From: an uncultured Candidatus Saccharibacteria bacterium
Lineage (GTDB): Bacteria > Patescibacteriota > Minisyncoccia > Phycocordibacterales > Zambryskibacteraceae
NCBI GenBank assembly: GCA_964642835.1
Contig: CAZXQA010000001.1
Location: 68,219 to 132,218 of the forward strand
Reading direction: 5' to 3'
DNA length: 64,000 nt
Numbering within the stretch: position 1 is the first letter of the stretch; each line of letters opens with the position of its first letter. The notes below the pieces were generated by a model that saw nothing but the letters and a program-made list of their open reading frames with translations, made no database searches and was not told the DNA's origin. The translations under genes and the position numbers were made by a program. This document shows, in pieces, positions 62,223 through 64,000 of this stretch.

Positions 62223-64000
62223 TTCGCTTTCTTTTTGAACCCTCTCACCTTCTTTTCTTCTTTCAAAATTTCTAACGCACGTGCAAGGGTAATGGTGTAG
62301 ACGTCATCGGTTTTCAAAGAGCGGAAGTCGGGCTTCGGCTTCGTGTTGTGAGCGATATAAGGACCGAAGCGTCCGACGTTCGCGGTAATTTTCTCACCGG
62401 TCTCCGGATGCGTGCCCAAGGTGCGCGGGAGCGTGAGGTAGACGAGGGCGTCCGCGAGCGTGACACTTCCCACATCTTTGTCCTTCGGGAGGCTGGCTTT
62501 CTTCGCTTTCAATTTCTTTTTCTTATCATCTTCGCCGAGTTGGACATAGGGACCGAAGCGACCTGTTTTAACAAAGACGGAGAGACCTGTTTCTGGATCA
62601 ACGCCGATCGGTTCATCAGGCTTAATCTCCGCGCCGTCGAGAGTGCGAGCTCCCGCGCAGTCCGGGAAGCGTTCGCAAGAGTAGAATTTGCCGCCGCGGC
62701 CGAGTTTGACCACCATGCCAGCGCCGCACGTCGGGCACTTCATATCCTTCGGGGCTTCGCCCATCGTCGTGAGTTTGTCGAGCTTGTCCTTGCTCTTCAC
62801 ATCCTTGAGGAAAGGGCCGTAGAAGTCTTTGAGGGTTTTCTCGTACGTGCGCTTGCCTTCGGCGATCTCGTCGAGCTCGTCTTCCATCTCGGCGGTGAAG
62901 GAGTCGGAAATATAGTTTTGGAAATTGCCTTCCAGGAAGGTGGAGACGACGTCGCCCGTGTCCGTCGGTACGAGAGCTTTGTTCTGCTTCTCCACGTAAC
63001 CTCGATCCTCCAAGGTCTTAATAATAGAGGCGTACGTGGATGGGCGTCCGATGCCGCGCTTCTCCAACTCTTTAATAAGACCGGCTTCGGAGTAGCGGGC
63101 CGGCGGCTCGGTTTGCTTCTCGGTCGAGAGAAGATTCGTGAGAGTGAGCGCTTCGCCTAAGGAGAGCTTCGGGAGGACGACGTCTTCGCTCGCGGAAGCG
63201 GGATCGGCCTTGAGCCAGCCGTCGAACATGACGCGTGAACCGTTGAGATGGAAATCGGGGACCTGCCTGCCGGCAGGCAGGTCGTGTCCTCCTTCAATAT
63301 TGGCCACGACCTTCGTGCGCATCATCTGGGCGTCTTTCATTTGGCTTGAGACGGTGCGGCTCCAGATAAGAGCGTAGAGACGCTGCTGCTCTTCGGTGGC
63401 GCCCGCTTTCATGACGTCGAGGTGGGTGGGACGGATAGCTTCGTGAGCTTCTTGAGCGTTCTTACTCTTCTTGGCAAAGACGTGAGACTCATAGTAGTCG
63501 GCGCCGTAGTGCTTCTTCACCACTGCTTCGATCTGAGTGCGAGCTTGAGCGCCGAGATTGGTCGAGTCAGTACGCATATAGGTAATGTGACCGGCTTCGT
63601 AAAGGCGCTGGGCGACGGACATGGTACGGGAAGGCGACCAACCGAGGCGCGAGGAGGCGGCTTGCTGGATGGTTGAGGTGATGAAAGGCGCGCGTGGACT
63701 TCTGGCGACCTTGGTTTCCTTAATATCGGTGATACTCCAGTCGCCAGCGTTGCCGAGTTTTAAAATCCTCTCGACCTCCTTCTTGTCTGTCGGTTCCGTC
63801 GAGCATGTAAAGTTCATCTCGGCTTGTCCCGCAGAGCCTTGGCGGAGTAGGGCGGTGATGACCCAGAAGGTTGTCGGAGTGAAGGCGCGGATCTCACGCT
63901 CACGCTCCATAATGATGCGCAGCGCCGGAGACTGCACGCGGCCGGCGGAGAGGCCGTAGCGGACCTTCTTCCAAATAAGGCCCGAGAGATCGTACCCGAC
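62219..64000 (-). CDS. topA: DNA topoisomerase I (partial, 5' end beyond the window)
   Basis: Toprim/topoisomerase core motifs (...GRVQSPALRIIMERE..., active-site Tyr region ITYMRTDS), C-terminal C4 zinc ribbons (CPTCGAGMVVKLGRGGKFYSC..FPDC). The ORF is open to the window edge. Confidence 0.9.
   Translation of the reverse strand, partial: VGYDLSGLIWKKVRYGLSAGRVQSPALRIIMEREREIRAFTPTTFWVITALLRQGSAGQAEMNFTCSTEPTDKKEVERILKLGNAGDWSITDIKETKVARSPRAPFITSTIQQAASSRLGWSPSRTMSVAQRLYEAGHITYMRTDSTNLGAQARTQIEAVVKKHYGADYYESHVFAKKSKNAQEAHEAIRPTHLDVMKAGATEEQQRLYALIWSRTVSSQMKDAQMMRTKVVANIEGGHDLPAGRQVPDFHLNGSRVMFDGWLKADPASASEDVVLPKLSLGEALTLTNLLSTEKQTEPPARYSEAGLIKELEKRGIGRPSTYASIIKTLEDRGYVEKQNKALVPTDTGDVVSTFLEGNFQNYISDSFTAEMEDELDEIAEGKRTYEKTLKDFYGPFLKDVKSKDKLDKLTTMGEAPKDMKCPTCGAGMVVKLGRGGKFYSCERFPDCAGARTLDGAEIKPDEPIGVDPETGLSVFVKTGRFGPYVQLGEDDKKKKLKAKKASLPKDKDVGSVTLADALVYLTLPRTLGTHPETGEKITANVGRFGPYIAHNTKPKPDFRSLKTDDVYTITLARALEILKEEKKVRGFKKKAK
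63262..63281. repeat. 20-bp perfect palindrome CCTGCCTGCCGGCAGGCAGG (copy 3, in frame inside topA; 24-bp with flanks)
   Basis: Exact palindrome (GACCTG...CAGGTC is palindromic over 24 bp). Encodes LPAGRQ within topoisomerase I (...GGHDLPAGRQVPDF...). Confidence 0.9.

Overview
The window is a 64-kb chromosomal segment with roughly 55% GC and a gene content typical of a reduced-genome bacterium, most likely a Patescibacteria/CPR lineage. The evidence for that assignment is indirect: an archaeal/eukaryotic-type ProRS, a class I LysRS, a 739-aa SMC, a ThrRS lacking its N-terminal domains, a 269-aa RseP without a PDZ domain, a short HolB, several GTG/TTG starts, and a tandem array of T4SS-pilin-like small membrane proteins.

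The core genes cover: hisS-like, lepB, pth, rpsA, gyrA, frr, rseP, proS, mreB, mreC, a possible minimal mreD, mrdA, greA, lysK, thrS, dnaE, rnhB, rpmF, a NusB-Nudix fusion, rnc, smc, rnr, an adenylate-kinase-like gene, rbfA, infB, a class V aminotransferase, clpB, rpmG, dedA, miaA, parB and a partial topA. I found nine tRNAs: Leu-TAA, Cys-GCA, Lys-CTT, Leu-TAG, Gly-CCC, Tyr-GTA, Trp-CCA and Leu-CAA. Many intergenic hairpins look like rho-independent terminators, and a few near-consensus sigma70 promoters are present.

The most notable region is an accessory island of about 5.6 kb inserted at the 3' end of tRNA-Tyr (about 53.1-58.7 kb).
- It is bounded and segmented by two perfect 155-bp direct repeats that carry the tRNA 3'-end core CCCGGCGCACA.
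- It contains an N-terminally truncated large serine recombinase, a strongly GC-rich foreign ORF behind a consensus promoter, and several small orphan ORFs.
- It also carries a translationally coupled, AT-rich two-gene module: a ThsB-like TIR-domain protein (DUF1863-like) followed by a small two-TM SLATT/DUF4231-like protein. I interpret this as a candidate Thoeris-like, TIR-plus-membrane-effector anti-phage module that I do not recognise as a described system.

Other findings: a 20-bp perfect GC-rich palindrome (CCTGCCTGCCGGCAGGCAGG) occurs three times, twice in frame inside essential genes (both copies encode LPAGRQ) and once in the leader of a GIY-YIG nuclease gene. A six-gene tandem array of pilin-like paralogues shows a gene-conversion tract. 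A possible structured RNA lies between clpB and tRNA-Tyr, and a NusB-Nudix fusion is present. All calls rest on manual translation and recall of protein families; no database search was possible.
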